From positions 27,652,001 to 27,716,000 of the forward strand of contig NC_042997.1 in NCBI RefSeq assembly GCF_006345805.1: DNA of 64,000 nt. The letters run 5' to 3'. The translations under genes and the position numbers were made by a program. Source of the stretch: Octopus sinensis (lineage: Eukaryota). The notes below the pieces were generated by a model. The model ran no database searches, was not told the origin of the DNA, and saw only the letters and a program-made list of their open reading frames with translations. This document shows positions 22,790 through 36,019 of the stretch, piece after piece; position 1 is the stretch's first letter; every line of letters starts with the position of its first letter.

Positions 22790-23320
22790 ACATATGGTGG
22801 CTGCCCCCTCGTTATCGTGTATGGCCATTGCACGAAGCATAATCAATGTTGTTATCGTGCAATGCCTATGCAAGAAGATTCTTTTAAAGTGAGTCAATCC
22901 CACTCACTAAGCAACAGCAGCCATAATCCGAAAAGAAGAACAAGTCAACATCATCGGTAACCACTGAGCCGCAGGTTTTATGTCGGAGTTATCCCAGTAA
23001 CCTGAGTTACCTTCTCCTAGAAGGATGCCCTAACAAAGTCTAGGAGTCCTTCACTCCCAATGGTTTAACCGCGCGATCGTGTATTCAGTCCGATTATTTC
23101 TATGTTCCCGCGTATGATACAGCCTTAAGACTGTTATTGGATGGCCGTTGACTCTCAAGAGTTCTTCCGCCCTTTGACGGGTTTTGTTTTTCATCCCGCA
23201 GGATGTCCAATAAACACCCTCCTCACCAAATAAGCTTGGTGGGGTTGCCGATTTAGTCGCCGACGACCCGACCATGCAACAGGTTGCAGTGGGTTACATG
23301 TTACCAGTAGCACTCGAAAG
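22790..23320 (+). mobile_element. Possible RTE-type LINE 5' UTR remnant
   Basis: GAGTTACCTTCTCCTAGAAGG and GGGGTTGCCGATTTAGTCGCC resemble motifs I recall from RTE 5' UTRs; unverified. Confidence 0.35.
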
Positions 23321-23443
23321 TGACCTGACATATACATACATACATACATACACATATACATGCATACATGCACACGCTCACATACATACATTCATACATA
23401 CATACATACATACATACATACATACATACATACATACACACAG

Positions 23444-23499
<56 letters not shown>

Positions 23500-23787
23500 A
23501 TGTGTGTGCCGGTCTTCCTTGGACCTGTCTCTTGCGTCAGTTCAGAACGTCTGCCTTCCTGGTGTTTGTTGCTGAAGAGGAGATAACCATTCTAAAATGG
23601 ACGCATACATGCCAAAGATTAGGGAATGTTGGAAACTGACTCAGTGTGATTATACTTTACTGTCAGCGCAGAAGCAATACCGAGACTCAAAATCTGAGAG
23701 TTTCGTGCGTTGGCACTTCAGATTAATAAAAATATCCAAATACTCGTATTTTGAGCTCTATTTACCCGATTTGCACTAACATAGCTG

Positions 23788-23895
<108 letters not shown>

Positions 23896-23962
23896 ACCTC
23901 GTGTGTACCGTTGGCGATTTTTTTCCTCTGTCTTCCCTTCTCTGGATCTTTCCTTCTCCTAT

Positions 23963-23997
23963 GTTTCCGACGAAGAGCTCCGCTTGAAACGTTAAAC
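23963..23997 (+). ncRNA. Minimal hammerhead-like motif, family C, copy 2
   Basis: GUUU CCGACGA A GAGC-UCC-GCUU GAAA CGUU AAAC. Confidence 0.55.
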
Positions 23998-24083
23998 CCT
24001 CCTTCTTTCCTGAGCGTCCAATAATACTATATTTGTTCCACGTCCTCGCGGTGTTGTGCTTTTTTGTGCTTTCTTGTTTGCAT

Positions 24084-24157
<74 letters not shown>

Positions 24158-24298
24158 AAATGAATAAAAGATTTTAACACAATTCCTTTACTTTCAACAC
24201 ATGTTTCGAAGACTGCATATTCTTAATTCACATTATCACTGTGAACATTATGTAGCAAGCCATAGAAAAGTTTTTGTCCGTCTTGAGGCTGATTGATT

Positions 24299-24397
24299 TT
24301 CCTTGTCTTTCCTGATGAGAAGACGGCATAATGCATACTTTATTCCTTCGGAATTAAGAATATGCATGCTTCGAAACATGTGTTGAAAGTAAAGGAA
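24299..24397 (+). ncRNA. Type I hammerhead ribozyme, family A, core-intact copy
   Basis: CUGAUGA 24312-24318, G10.1 (24319)-C11.1 (24372), GAAA, ACA-UG-UGU, GUU with predicted cut after 24384, stem I CUUUC/GAAAG plus UUCCUU/AAGGAA. Confidence 0.85.
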
Positions 24398-24578
24398 TTG
24401 TGTTAAAATCCTCGTTCGACTCCATTCTTTTATTCATCTTAAATAATACACAAATTACCACACAAGAACACGGGGTTTCTACCCTTGGCATGTAGCTTCA
24501 ACCGTGTTTTCTGACGTGAATTTGCTACCCAGGTATCGATTAACCGAATTATCAAAACTAGGATAATTCATTCACCTA

Positions 24579-24642
<64 letters not shown>

Positions 24643-24810
24643 GTATATAAGTATTTTCATGTTTTCGTGTACGCAAAACAAGACACGTGAGTCTGTCCTC
24701 TATATGCACATACATAAACATATTCCTTTAAGTATAAGCACGCAAACAGAAATACAGGCATATGTGTATATGAAGGCATCGACATACATATTCATAAAAA
24801 GAAAACATAC

Positions 24811-24899
24811 CTACTATAGTATATACCAAAGTCATTAGTTTCGAATGTACGAAACGAAGCGCCTGCTTGGAGACCAAGAACGCCGCCGTTCATAGCCAT
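24811..24899 (-). CDS. CD-MPR/ATG27-like gene, coding exon 3: MAMNGGVLGLQAGASFRTFETNDFGIYYS(S)
   Basis: Acceptor tttattttgtAG, donor AG|GTATGT, phase 0 to 2 as required by exons 2 and 4. Confidence 0.85.
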
Positions 24900-25445
24900 C
24901 TACAAAATAAAGTTATGTTTCATTGCAATAGTGGTATAAATTTCTATAATAGATAGAAATCCGGACAAAATAAATTTCGCTGTTTGGTTACGTATCTCTT
25001 CATTCAGATTTCAAAATACACTAGGAACAGTCAGTGACTTTTGCATTCGTTCTCTAGGGTTCGATGTAGTAAACACGAATTAAATAATAATATAGATAAT
25101 TTAACGAGTAAGTTTACTCATGTAATTTGGTTTCGCTATTCAAATTTGTCAAAACTTTCATGCGTCCACGTAAATTAACGGTTCGATGAAGAGACGGAGT
25201 GAATAAGTTCAAGGCTTAGAAAAGAAATACTGGTGTCGATTAATTCATTCGACTCAAGGCGGTGCCCCAGCATGGCCGCAGTCTAATGACTGAAACAAGT
25301 ATGAGATAAAAGAGACAGGGTATGTAATGTATGCAGATTATATATATATATATAAGGGTAATTGGCGGGCAATTTAAATCTGGCTTCTTACATACGTGCA
25401 TATATATGTATGTTTGGACGTTCGTATATGTAACTACAACGTGTG

Positions 25446-25483
<38 letters not shown>

Positions 25484-27683
25484 ATTTATGTGCTAATGTG
25501 GTATATTCAACTGAAGAAAGCAGAGCTTATTTGAAGCAAAGCTAGAAATCCAGGATCTTGAATTATCCAGTAATATCTTTTTGTTAGTTTATTTTGTCTC
25601 TCTGTCTTATCTCGTGGTGCGATTAGAACATTTTAGGGGGTTTTAGAGTCAGGGTTTGACTACTATTTCGACATGGTAAATATCGATATTATCCTTATTT
25701 AAATATCGATATTATCCTTATTTATAAATATATATATATATATATATATAATTCCAAGAGAACTAGAGGTTGTGAATCCAACCAACTAAGGGATAATATC
25801 TATCCAATATACTGCTTGTAGAATAAACAATTATTAATACACAAGTGTTTTTCCTTTACATGGAAATTACACTACTGAATGTAATAAATGTGTGAAGGTA
25901 AACAGTTTTTTACCCTTAATTTATACAGCAATAAGAAAATGCAGGGGATCAAGAGTTGGTATTCATCAACTTTTAAACATTATAGTATGTCTATTTATTT
26001 ATTTTTTATAAAAACAATTATAACAATATCCATACATTTATAACATATTATGCTTTACGTATATGATATGTAATATATAAAGTACCAGTAATTATTAAAA
26101 TATATAACGTAGAGCATAGAAAGTAGGATTGTCTGTTACAGCTGTTTCAGACAAGAGGCAAAAAGTACCCCTCACTACTTCCATCCCGTCAGTGAACTGA
26201 AGTATTTGGTAGATAAGATTAAGGTACTTGGGTGTGTCTTTGGGCTTCGTCAGTGTTGTCAGTGAACACAAATACACATTCACACTCACACACACATTCA
26301 TTGCCTTTTATTTGTGTTTATATGTGTCTATGTGTGTGCGTAAGTATTTATTGGTGTGTGTGTGTGTGTGTCACTGTTGAAGTGGCGCCTTCAACTTCAC
26401 ACACACACACACGTTCATTGCTTTTTATTTGTGTGTATGTGTATCTATGTGTGTGCATGAGTATGTATTGGTGTGTGTGTGTGTGTCACTGTTGAAGGCG
26501 TTCCTTCAACTCGTTTGTGTATATATTGGCTTAGTGGTATAAGAATGTTTTGAAACTGTGACTATGATGCAAGTTTCGAGTACTTGTCTGTAACCTTTTT
26601 TTCTTCTCGTCTTCTAATAGTAATTAGCCAACTTTCTAGGCCCTTCTCACAGCTATCCCGCGTTCAAAAATTATACGGGTATTTTTTTAAAATTTCATTC
26701 AATAAATAAGGTTTTTATATAACGCATACATTAATAGAATAAAATATCGGTTTTCCAAATAGCGAATTAAAACTTAAAAGAGAAAGCGAAAGACTTTGCA
26801 AATGAAACTGGAATACTCCGCAGTGAATGCAATTAATATTTAAATCTGTGAAGAATTGGACACAGTGAATGCAATGAGTATTTAAATTTGCGAGAAATTG
26901 GAGTTACGAAAATTCAAAAAACTTGAGAAATCGAAGTTATAGGAAATTTCTGAGAACATAAATTTATTAAAATATTTTCAGACGGTCGATCCTTTTGATA
27001 ATTGCTTCCTTTTATTACTTTTAATAATTGTTACATACGTAATTAATAAGCAACATTTCCATAGTTAATAGCTTCAAAATGTGCAAATTTTTTGTATTTT
27101 TAGCCAGTCGAAAGCCACAGACATATAGGTACCTGTTTTTATAGTAACAGGACATGCATTGGGAATTTTCCTGTATAAAACATGTATATTTACCAAATAT
27201 TTCATTTGTTTACGATTTGATTTTCTGCTCTTAAAACTACATAGCGTATTGTTTACTCTCTTTTCGCATTAAATGCATATTGAATACTCAAAACTACGAA
27301 ATATATTTGTTCTTTACTGAAATGTTTGGTTATTTTCGCTTATTAAATACTTAAAACACGTGCTATCGTCGCAATGCTGACATTATTGTTTTGTCGTCTT
27401 ACGATAGCAGTCATGCACGAAATGACAAGTCCCAAATCTTGTTTTCTGACAGAGTGAAAATGATCAAACTTTAAATCTCTGCAACTTAAAAAAAAAATCG
27501 GAGACAAGTAAATTAGGTCCGCAGATTTAACGTGAAAAATTATATCAAAACATCAAATTTGGAAATATTCACTTAATTTTAACATTTCAAAAAGTGCAGC
27601 CAAACAAAAAAGATCCAAATAGGGATCCACAAAAATATTTTAAGGGTCCCTGAAAAAAATTTGCTTTAGATTTATGTATTGGT

Positions 27684-28990
27684 ATGTATTGCAAGAAACA
27701 GCTATGGAAAGTTCTGAAAAAGCTTGGTACACCTGACAAGATGTGGAATGTTATAATCTTCTTTCATGAGGAAATGAAGGCTGCTCTCGTGTCCGGTGGG
27801 GAATCTTCGGCTTCTTTTGACGTTAGAAACGGCACAAAGCAAGGTTGTGTTATAGCTCCTGTTTTGTTTGCACTCTTCTTTTCAGAGATGCTGAGTTATG
27901 CTTTTGGCGACATACAAAGTGGTGTCAAATCCCAGTTTCGAACAAGTGGCGGACTATTCAATCATCAGCATTTCAAAGCCAGAACACTGCTACGCACCAG
28001 CATCATTCGTGATATACTTTCTGCAGATGCTGCTGCACTAGTAGCGACTTCATTAGAGGAAGCTCAGGAACCTCTAGACCAGTTTCTGCTGTGTAAAGCC
28101 TTTGGTTTGACCATCAACATAAAGAAAATAGAAGCACTCCATCAACCTTGCCCTACTCTTAAACAGATTCGAAGTGTCAAGCTGAAGCCACTGGTTCATA
28201 ATTTTCCTGACAATTTTGAGAAATCATTTACATATCTTGATAATAAAGTGAAAGTAGAGCGCTTCCCTTCGTGATGAAATCGTCAACCGTCTTGTAAAGG
28301 CAACCAAAGCATTTGGCAAAGTCCGCCATCGCCTATGGAATGAAAAGGGTATCAAACTTGATAACAAACTACAGGTCTATAAAGCAGCCATTAGAATCGT
28401 GGATATCCTATAGACGACACATTAACTAACTAGACATCTTCCATAAAGACTGCCTGAGGACAATCTGCAGTTATTCACTAAAAAACAGAGTTTCTAATGC
28501 CGACTTGTTTAGCAAGTGTAACATTGGTGGAACTGAGAGCTTCCTTATACAATCACAATTGCGCTGGGCAGGCCATGTCATCAGAATGAGTGACGAAAGA
28601 ATACACAAAGTCAGTTTGAGAATGGGCTCAGGAACGTTGTTCGACCATGGCCCAGCTATAAGGACAAGCTGAAGAGTAACCTCTTAGAAATGAAGATAGC
28701 TCGCAACACCTTTGAGCAAACAGCCCTGGAACGGACAAATTGGAAATTGTTATTTCAAAATAGTATTAAAAATCTTGCTACAACCAGCATTAACAGGCTT
28801 CGGGGTGCAAGGCAAAGGAGAAAGGTGGCTGCAAATATACCACCGGCACTGGCCTGTAATCTTCATACTTGCAACATCTGCAGCCTTTGTAAATCGTTGG
28901 CAGGACTTAAATGTCACATTCGATATAAGCATTATGACTGACAAAGAAAGAGTACGTTGCCGGAGCCTCATACAACGAAACCAACGGGAG
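27684..28990 (+). mobile_element. RTE-clade LINE, 5'-truncated and decayed
   Basis: LWKVLKKLGTP..FHEEM..FDVRNGTKQGCVIAPVLF..ILSADAAAL..FGLTINIKK; downstream QLRWAGHVIRM. Confidence 0.92.
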
Positions 28991-29373
28991 AGTCCAGCAT
29001 AAATAAACATACATACATATATATATATGTGTGTGTGTGTGGATGAATGTATATGGATGAGTGTATATTTGTTTCTGCGTATATGTTTGTCCACCCACTA
29101 CCGTTGCTGGTTTGTTTACGCTGTCGCAACTTAGCGGTTTGGCAAAAGATATCGATATCATGAGTACTAGATTTATAGAAAAAAAAGTAGTGGTTGATTT
29201 GGTTGACCAACCTCATCAAGGTGGTGCCCCAGTATGGCCGTGTGGTCTCAATGCAATGATAAAGCAATTAAATAATGTAAGATAAATCATATGTAAGTAA
29301 AACAAGGGCCATTTAAAAGAACAACATCAGGAAATTTGTATTAAATATACACATTAAAGCAAGCATCACTTAC

Positions 29374-29455
29374 TGCAACATCTTTTGTATGACCGACTGT
29401 ATAACCTGTACAGGGATTCCAAGAACAATTTTCAAATTGTGAATTAGTCGTGAAT
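29374..29455 (-). CDS. CD-MPR/ATG27-like gene, coding exon 2: (R)FTTNSQFENCSWNPCTGYTVGHTKDVA
   Basis: Acceptor ttttctcttcaaAG, donor GCA|GTAAGT, phase 2 to 0; MRH motif SWNPC. Confidence 0.93.
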
Positions 29456-29892
29456 CTTTGAAGAGAAAAGGAAAAATATGTATATTAAATACAGAAGTAG
29501 TGTTTGCAAAAATTTGAATATAAACATTGACTTGACTACTAAAGGTTCAAGTGAAAATATTGGCAGTATAATTTTGTCAAAACTGTTCTCTGTGTTGCAT
29601 CTTTACTGACACGCTGAGAGAACTATTTCGCACAACTGATGTAATGCATCAATTTGTGCTTGTTTATATAAATTGTATATAACGTGTTATTTTTGTGAAG
29701 AGATTGGCGCAGGTGTGGTCGTGTGATAAGAAGCTTGCTTTCCAAACTCATGGTTCTGAATTCTGTTCCATTGCGTGGTACCTTGGGCAATTGTCTTCTA
29801 CTATAGCTTCAGGCCTACCAAAGGCTTGTGAGTGGATTTGGTAGACAGAAAATAAAAGAAGCCTGTTGTATATATTTGTGTGCGTGTGTATG

Positions 29893-29964
<72 letters not shown>

Positions 29965-29990
29965 AAAAAAGCAACAAGAATGGATCAATA

Positions 29991-30079
29991 TTTCGGTACG
30001 ATTGTTTCGTACGAAGACATCTTTATTTAGGCTACAAAAATTGCAGTAAATATAAGTGGCCCGTACTCATCAGCCGAAA
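29991..30079 (-). ncRNA. Type I hammerhead ribozyme, family B (sense to the host pre-mRNA)
   Basis: UUUCGG CUGAUGA GUACG..58 nt total..CGUAC GAAAC AAUC GUA / CCGAAA; predicted cut between 29997 and 29996. Confidence 0.85.
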
Positions 30080-30710
30080 AAACATCTGAGATCTCCAAAC
30101 ATCAAAGGGGGTGATGTTACACTCGTGAAACATCATGGAAAGTTCTATAAAAGTGAGATTTAGATAACAAATGGATTTCTAAAAGTTCTTTTAGTATTGC
30201 ACAGTCATATATCAGGTTTTAAAGAATTTTTTAAAACCTCTTAGTTTTCCAGAAAGTGAAGATGAAAGTTTGATTCCTGGAGACATGATGAGAGGTATCG
30301 TACTCACAGAATATGTATTTATCCATATATAGTTCATAGTAAAGTGTGATTCAAGCTGTGTGAAGATATTTTGGATACATTTGTGAGAGTTTCTTAAAAC
30401 TGCTATGTTAGAATCCGAAAAAGTTGTAGGAGGGTCAGTGAAGCGTAGAGACAGTCATATAGTGGAGACGAACTGACTGATATAGAAATCTGCAAGAATC
30501 ACAGAGCTTAAAGGAGGAATGTTAAATTTGACCACCTACTGTTGTTAATTGCTATATAAAGAGGAAATTGGAAGGTGAAAAGGGGGGGTGAAAGGTTGTT
30601 TCTATAGGAAAACATCTTAGCGTATTTAGTGCAATATTCGAACGGAGGTAATTTAATTTGTCCCTAGTAATAATAAATTGAACATTTAAAGGATCAAAAA
30701 GAAAATTAAT

Positions 30711-31076
30711 ATGTTCTTTAAAGATTTCAACCTTAGCATAACCTATGAACCAGGCACTAAAATAGTCAATTTTCTAGATATTACATTAGACCTTAACTCT
30801 AAGCTACATTGCCCATTTAGAAAAGAAGGTGAAATCACTAGTTACGTAAATAAATTATCAAATCATCCCCCAAATCTAATTAAATCTTTGATTAGAAATA
30901 TTTCCGTAAGAATATCCAAATTATCATCCAATTTTGATATATTTAACTCTCATTCGGAGCATTATAATGCGGTGTTATCTAGGGCAGGATACAACCAAAA
31001 AATTACCTTTATTGATAAAGAGAGCTTACAAATTCATAATAATAGAAGTAGCAATAACCACGTAAACAACACGTAG
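30711..31076 (+). pseudogene. PLE RT thumb remnant
   Basis: IVNFLDITLDLN..YVNKLSNHPPNLIK..ISVRISKLSSN..YNAVLSRAGY; homologous to 4869-5669. Confidence 0.9.
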
Positions 31077-32162
31077 GGATCGCGCCGATAATAGACGTAG
31101 AAGTAGATTTAATGTGACATCTAATCTAAATGCTAATAAGAACAAGGATAAGAACATAGACCAAAACATAGGTAACTCTGATAAGATAATTTTAGATAAA
31201 ACTAAGAAGCATACAATTAGTAACATTGATGAAAAGAACTTACATATCCCTAATAAAAAAAAGTAACAATTGCCACGTAAACAACAATAGAGATTACGCC
31301 AGAAATAATAGTAGAAGTAGATTTACGATGACAAAATATCCTAATGAAAATAAGAATAATAATAAGAACATTGAACAGAGAACAGGTAATACGGATAAGA
31401 TAAACTTTGATAAAACTAAGAAACATGCAAATAAGAACATTAATAAATACAACGACTCTGGTGAGAGTAGGAACGATTCAAATAACCCCAATTCTAATTC
31501 TAGGAAATTTAATAAGAAGGACATAATGTGGCTGAATAGCCCTTTCAACTGTGCGGTTTTATCAGATATTCAGAGTAGATTCAAAATAATTCTAGAAAGA
31601 ACTTCCCATCCTCTCATAGATATCATAAAATTATTTCTAAAATAACTGTCAGAATTTCTTATTCAACCCTCCCAAATATGTCCACTTTAATAACCAAGAT
31701 CAATAATAATAAAATTAAACTAGCCAGGAAAAATTTTAATAATAGCAATAAAAATACAAATAGAAATTGTAGTAACATTACTGAAATTAATAATAGCCAC
31801 AATAAAATAATGAATATCATAACATAAGTATAACCAATAGCTATAGAATTGCTAGTAATAATAATAACACAAATAGGAACAATTATGTTAATAATACGAA
31901 TAATACCAAGAGTGAAAATACCGAGAATGAAGGCAACAATGATATCTAAAATAACACTATACATTTAGAAACTAATACTGGCAACAATAGTAACAACATC
32001 AACAATATTAGTAATGATGGTAGGGTTATAGAATCAAATGATAGTGTAGGAATACCGATAAATGATAATACTACTTTAGATAATAACATCAACTACAATA
32101 ACGATAACTCTATTTAAGATAGCAGCAGTAACCAAAATAACGAAAAATATACTCATAATGTT

Positions 32163-32640
32163 TTGAGTAACAGTAATATGAGACTTCTATCCTCGAGTAA
32201 TTCCACATCGAATTATAATCCCCCTAGGTGTAACTGTAGAATTAGATCAAAATGCCCGGCGCCTGGTCTATGCGGGTTAAATAACGTAATCTACAAATGC
32301 ACCACAGATAATAACAAATTTACCTATTTAGGATGTACTATAAATTTTGAAAAAACGCCTTAGTAACCATCTCTCTTCTTTCAAATTACGTCATAAAGCT
32401 GATAGCACCACTCTTTCAAGTAAAATCTGAGAACTAAAAAACAATAATATTAAGTATAACCTTAATTGGGAACTAGTTAGAAGAGCGATACCTTATAAAA
32501 ATAGCAGAGTTGGTTGTCAACTTTGCTCCATGGAAACATTTGAAATACTAATGAATAGAAAAAATGATATTTTATTGAATACCGGATAGAATTGGGTCCT
32601 TCTTGTATCCACGCTAGGATTAAGATTCTTAAATATTTTA
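32163..32640 (+). pseudogene. PLE GIY-YIG endonuclease remnant (frameshifted)
   Basis: CNCRIRSKCP...C..VIYKC..TYLGCT; RLSNHLSSFK..STTLSSKI*ELK..LNWEL..CQLCSMETFEIL..LLNTRIE..CIH. Confidence 0.9.
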
Positions 32641-33681
32641 AATGATAACAGTATATAAAAATCACTTTGAATAAAGCAATACTCTTACATATTATATATT
32701 ATATATTTAATTAGAAAGCTACGATCTCATTAGCTATGGTTATATTCTCTCTCTAACTGTACTAGGTGATACTTATAGATATAAATTAGTTGATTAGAAA
32801 CTCTCATTCTATTAGACTATGTAGATAATTTAAATTATTTCTTTCTAATTTTTAGTCTAGTTTAAGTAAACCTAATTATAGAAAATTGGTTAATTAGACT
32901 TCTTAGGTCTTTTCTATACTACTAATAAATGTTGCTAATCCCAGATCTATAATATAACGGTTTTTCATTATGAAAAATAACTCTATTTCCTTTCTTCTGA
33001 CCTCTTATTGTATTCCCATAACCTGGCAATGTATTAATAGTAACATTAATAAATAAAGAAATAAATTAAATGATCTCCGTTCGAATATTGCACTAAATAC
33101 GCTAAGATGTTATCCCATAGAAACAACCTTTGACCCCCCCCCCCCCTTTTTCACCTTCCAATTTCCTCTTTATATAGCAATTAACAACAGTAGGTGGTCA
33201 AATTTAACATTCCTCCTTTAAGCTCTGTGATTCTTGCAGATTTCTATATCAGTCAGTTCGTCTCCACTATATGACTGTCTCTACGCTTCACTGACCCTCC
33301 TACAACTTTTTCGGATTCTAACATAGCAGTTTTGAGAAACTCTCACAAATGTATCCAAAATATCTTCACACAGCTTGAATCACACTTTACTATGAACTAT
33401 ATATGGATAAATACATATTCTGTGAGTACGATACATCTCATCATATCTCCAGGAATCAAACTTTCTCCAATATGGATGGATTTACATCTTCACTTTCATC
33501 TTCACTTTCTGGAAAACTAAGAGGTTTTAAAAAATTCTTTAAAACCTGATATATGACTGTGCAATACTAAAAGAACTTTTAGAAGTCCATTTGTTATCTA
33601 AATCTCACTTTTATAGAACTTTCCATGATGTTTCACGAGTGTAACATCACTCCCTTTGATGTTTGGAGATCTCAGATGTTT

Positions 33682-33770
33682 TTTCGGCTGATGAGTACGG
33701 GTCACTTATATTTACTGTAATTTTTGTAGCCTAAATAAAGATGGCTTCGTACGAAACAATTGTACCGAAA
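33682..33770 (+). ncRNA. Type I hammerhead ribozyme, family B, fully canonical
   Basis: UUUCGG (33682-87), CUGAUGA (33688-94), GUACG/CGUAC, GAAAC (33753-57), palindromic ACAAUUGU, GUA with predicted cut after 33764, CCGAAA. Confidence 0.9.
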
Positions 33771-33970
33771 TATTGATCCATTCTTGTTGCTTTTTTCCTA
33801 TTTATAATCACCCTGCATTGTCGTATGGTTAACACCATATAGATTTCTGGTGCATCCAAGTTAAGTACCATATTCATGTGAATTCAACAGAACTCACTTG
33901 AATCTTAATTGCTTGTACCGTATATATACATACATATATATACATATATATATATATACATATATATATA

Positions 33971-34098
<128 letters not shown>

Positions 34099-34397
34099 AT
34101 ATAGATAAGAAAGTTGGTTTGTGAAAGCACGTGGTTGAGTATATAGAAAATAGTAAAAAGTGAAAAAACTACCTCCCCTTATTTAGAACTCTTTTAAACA
34201 TAAACATAACGATAACTCTATTCAACATAAACATAACGTCGTAAGAAATTTGAAAAGCTAAACACGAAACCGGGCTTTCTTCTAAACTATGTCATTGTAA
34301 GGAAAAAAAAAATTTTTAATATTCTTCAGACATATTGACGCAAATATATATTTTTTTAACTTTTAAGCCTTCTGTAGTTTTTTCACTTTTTACTATT

Positions 34398-34446
<49 letters not shown>

Positions 34447-35098
34447 CATATGTGTGTGTGTTTCTCCCCTCCACCACCACTGCTTGAGAACCGTTGTTGG
34501 TGTGTTTACATCTCTGTAATTTAGCGGTTGGGCAAAGGGGAATGATAAAATAAATACTAGACTTTAAAAATAAGTTCTGTGGCCAATTTGTTCGACTAAA
34601 CCCCTTTAAAGCAATGCTCCAGTATGGCTTCCATCAAATATGCCTGAAACTAGTAAAAGAATAAAAGAATAAAATGTTCTGAGTCAAATTCTACCATTTT
34701 CTGATACACAAAACGTGATTGATTTTTAGTTGAATTTGTGAAATGTCAGCGCTATCAGGAAAACGCTGCAATTACAAAAGGGGGAATCATCAAAAGTGTC
34801 ATAATCCTTATTAAAAACATCTGCAACACTTAAAGACTGAAAATCATTCTGTAACTTTATGGTTCTGTATGGAAGTGTAATAGACGGATACATTTACTTT
34901 GGACAATCAACATATAGACGGTGGAGTGAACCTCAGTTAAAATCCTTGCTGCTTGCAGTATAGCAATTGACTTAATCCATGGCTGAGAAAAGAAACATGT
35001 ATATATAAACTCAAGTATATAAAACCCCTTTGAGCATTGATCAATGCGGCTGAATAACACCGGCATAAGTCGTGATGGGTTATGTGATAGTCGGAGGA

Positions 35099-35140
<42 letters not shown>

Positions 35141-35315
35141 AAATTAAAAGAAGCAGAGTAAAGGAAAGACAGAGTGGCACAAAAATATTTCAAGAATATT
35201 TCTACAGATGGGTTAAACATAAATGAGTGCGATTATCAGGATTAAATAAAAAGACAACAAACGGAAAATATGACATACCTATATATAATTACATACACAC
35301 ACATATGTATAGAAA

Positions 35316-35393
<78 letters not shown>

Positions 35394-35544
35394 TGGTCCT
35401 ACATAGTTATATTGAAGATGCCACACAGTGGCTCTGTACCTGAAATCACGTGGTTGTGAAACGAACTTTTTAACATCACAGCCATGTCTGGTCCTATAAG
35501 TAAGGTAACATTTAGTAAATTTGGCCATCTATCTATCTATCTAC

Positions 35545-35600
<56 letters not shown>

Positions 35601-35614
35601 ATATATATATATAT

Positions 35615-35970
35615 ATATATTAATCTCTCTTCGCTCTTATACGCCATTTGGTCTCAACTCTCCCCCCCCTCCTCATCTAACCCCCCTCTCCCCCTCCTCA
35701 CCTATCCTTTCTCCCCCCGACCCTACTTCTTCAGTCCTTCATCCTTTCACCCCCACTCCCCTTCCCTTCTTCCCTCTTTCTCCTCCCTCTTCCCCTTCCC
35801 TCTGCTCCCTCACTCCCTCTCTCCCCTTTCTCTCTCTCCCCCTCTCCCTCTTTCCTCCTCCTCATCCCCCTCCTCCCCTTCCTTCTCCCCCATCCTCTCC
35901 TCTTCCCCCCTCCTCCTCCCCTCTTCCCCCCCCTTCTCCCCCTCTTCTCCCCCTCCCCCTCTTCTCCTCA
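35615..35970. repeat. C/T-rich polypyrimidine tract
   Basis: Almost purine-free plus strand with many CCCC runs. Confidence 0.9.
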
Positions 35971-36019
35971 CTACACCACATGACTTTACACATCACATCA
36001 CATATGATGTGCCATACTA

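Larger units (their letters stand above)
29961..33801 (+). mobile_element. Penelope-like element with ~700-bp inverted pLTR arms (29961-~30660 / ~33062-33801)
   Basis: Arms are reverse complements; between them lie RT thumb, Asn-rich linker and GIY-YIG remnants. Confidence 0.93.

Noticed and set aside
22790-22880. Intact HDV-like ribozyme
   Set aside because: Only a P4-like hairpin; P1, P2 and P3 do not pair in this copy
26095-26301. 68-aa minus-strand ORF in intron 2 as an exon
   Set aside because: No suitable donor before the stop and no family motif; exon 3 at 24811-24899 fits instead
34860-34990. Candidate host exon after tttcttttctcAG
   Set aside because: The phase-compatible frame hits a stop and shows no MRH similarity; the gene model is complete without it
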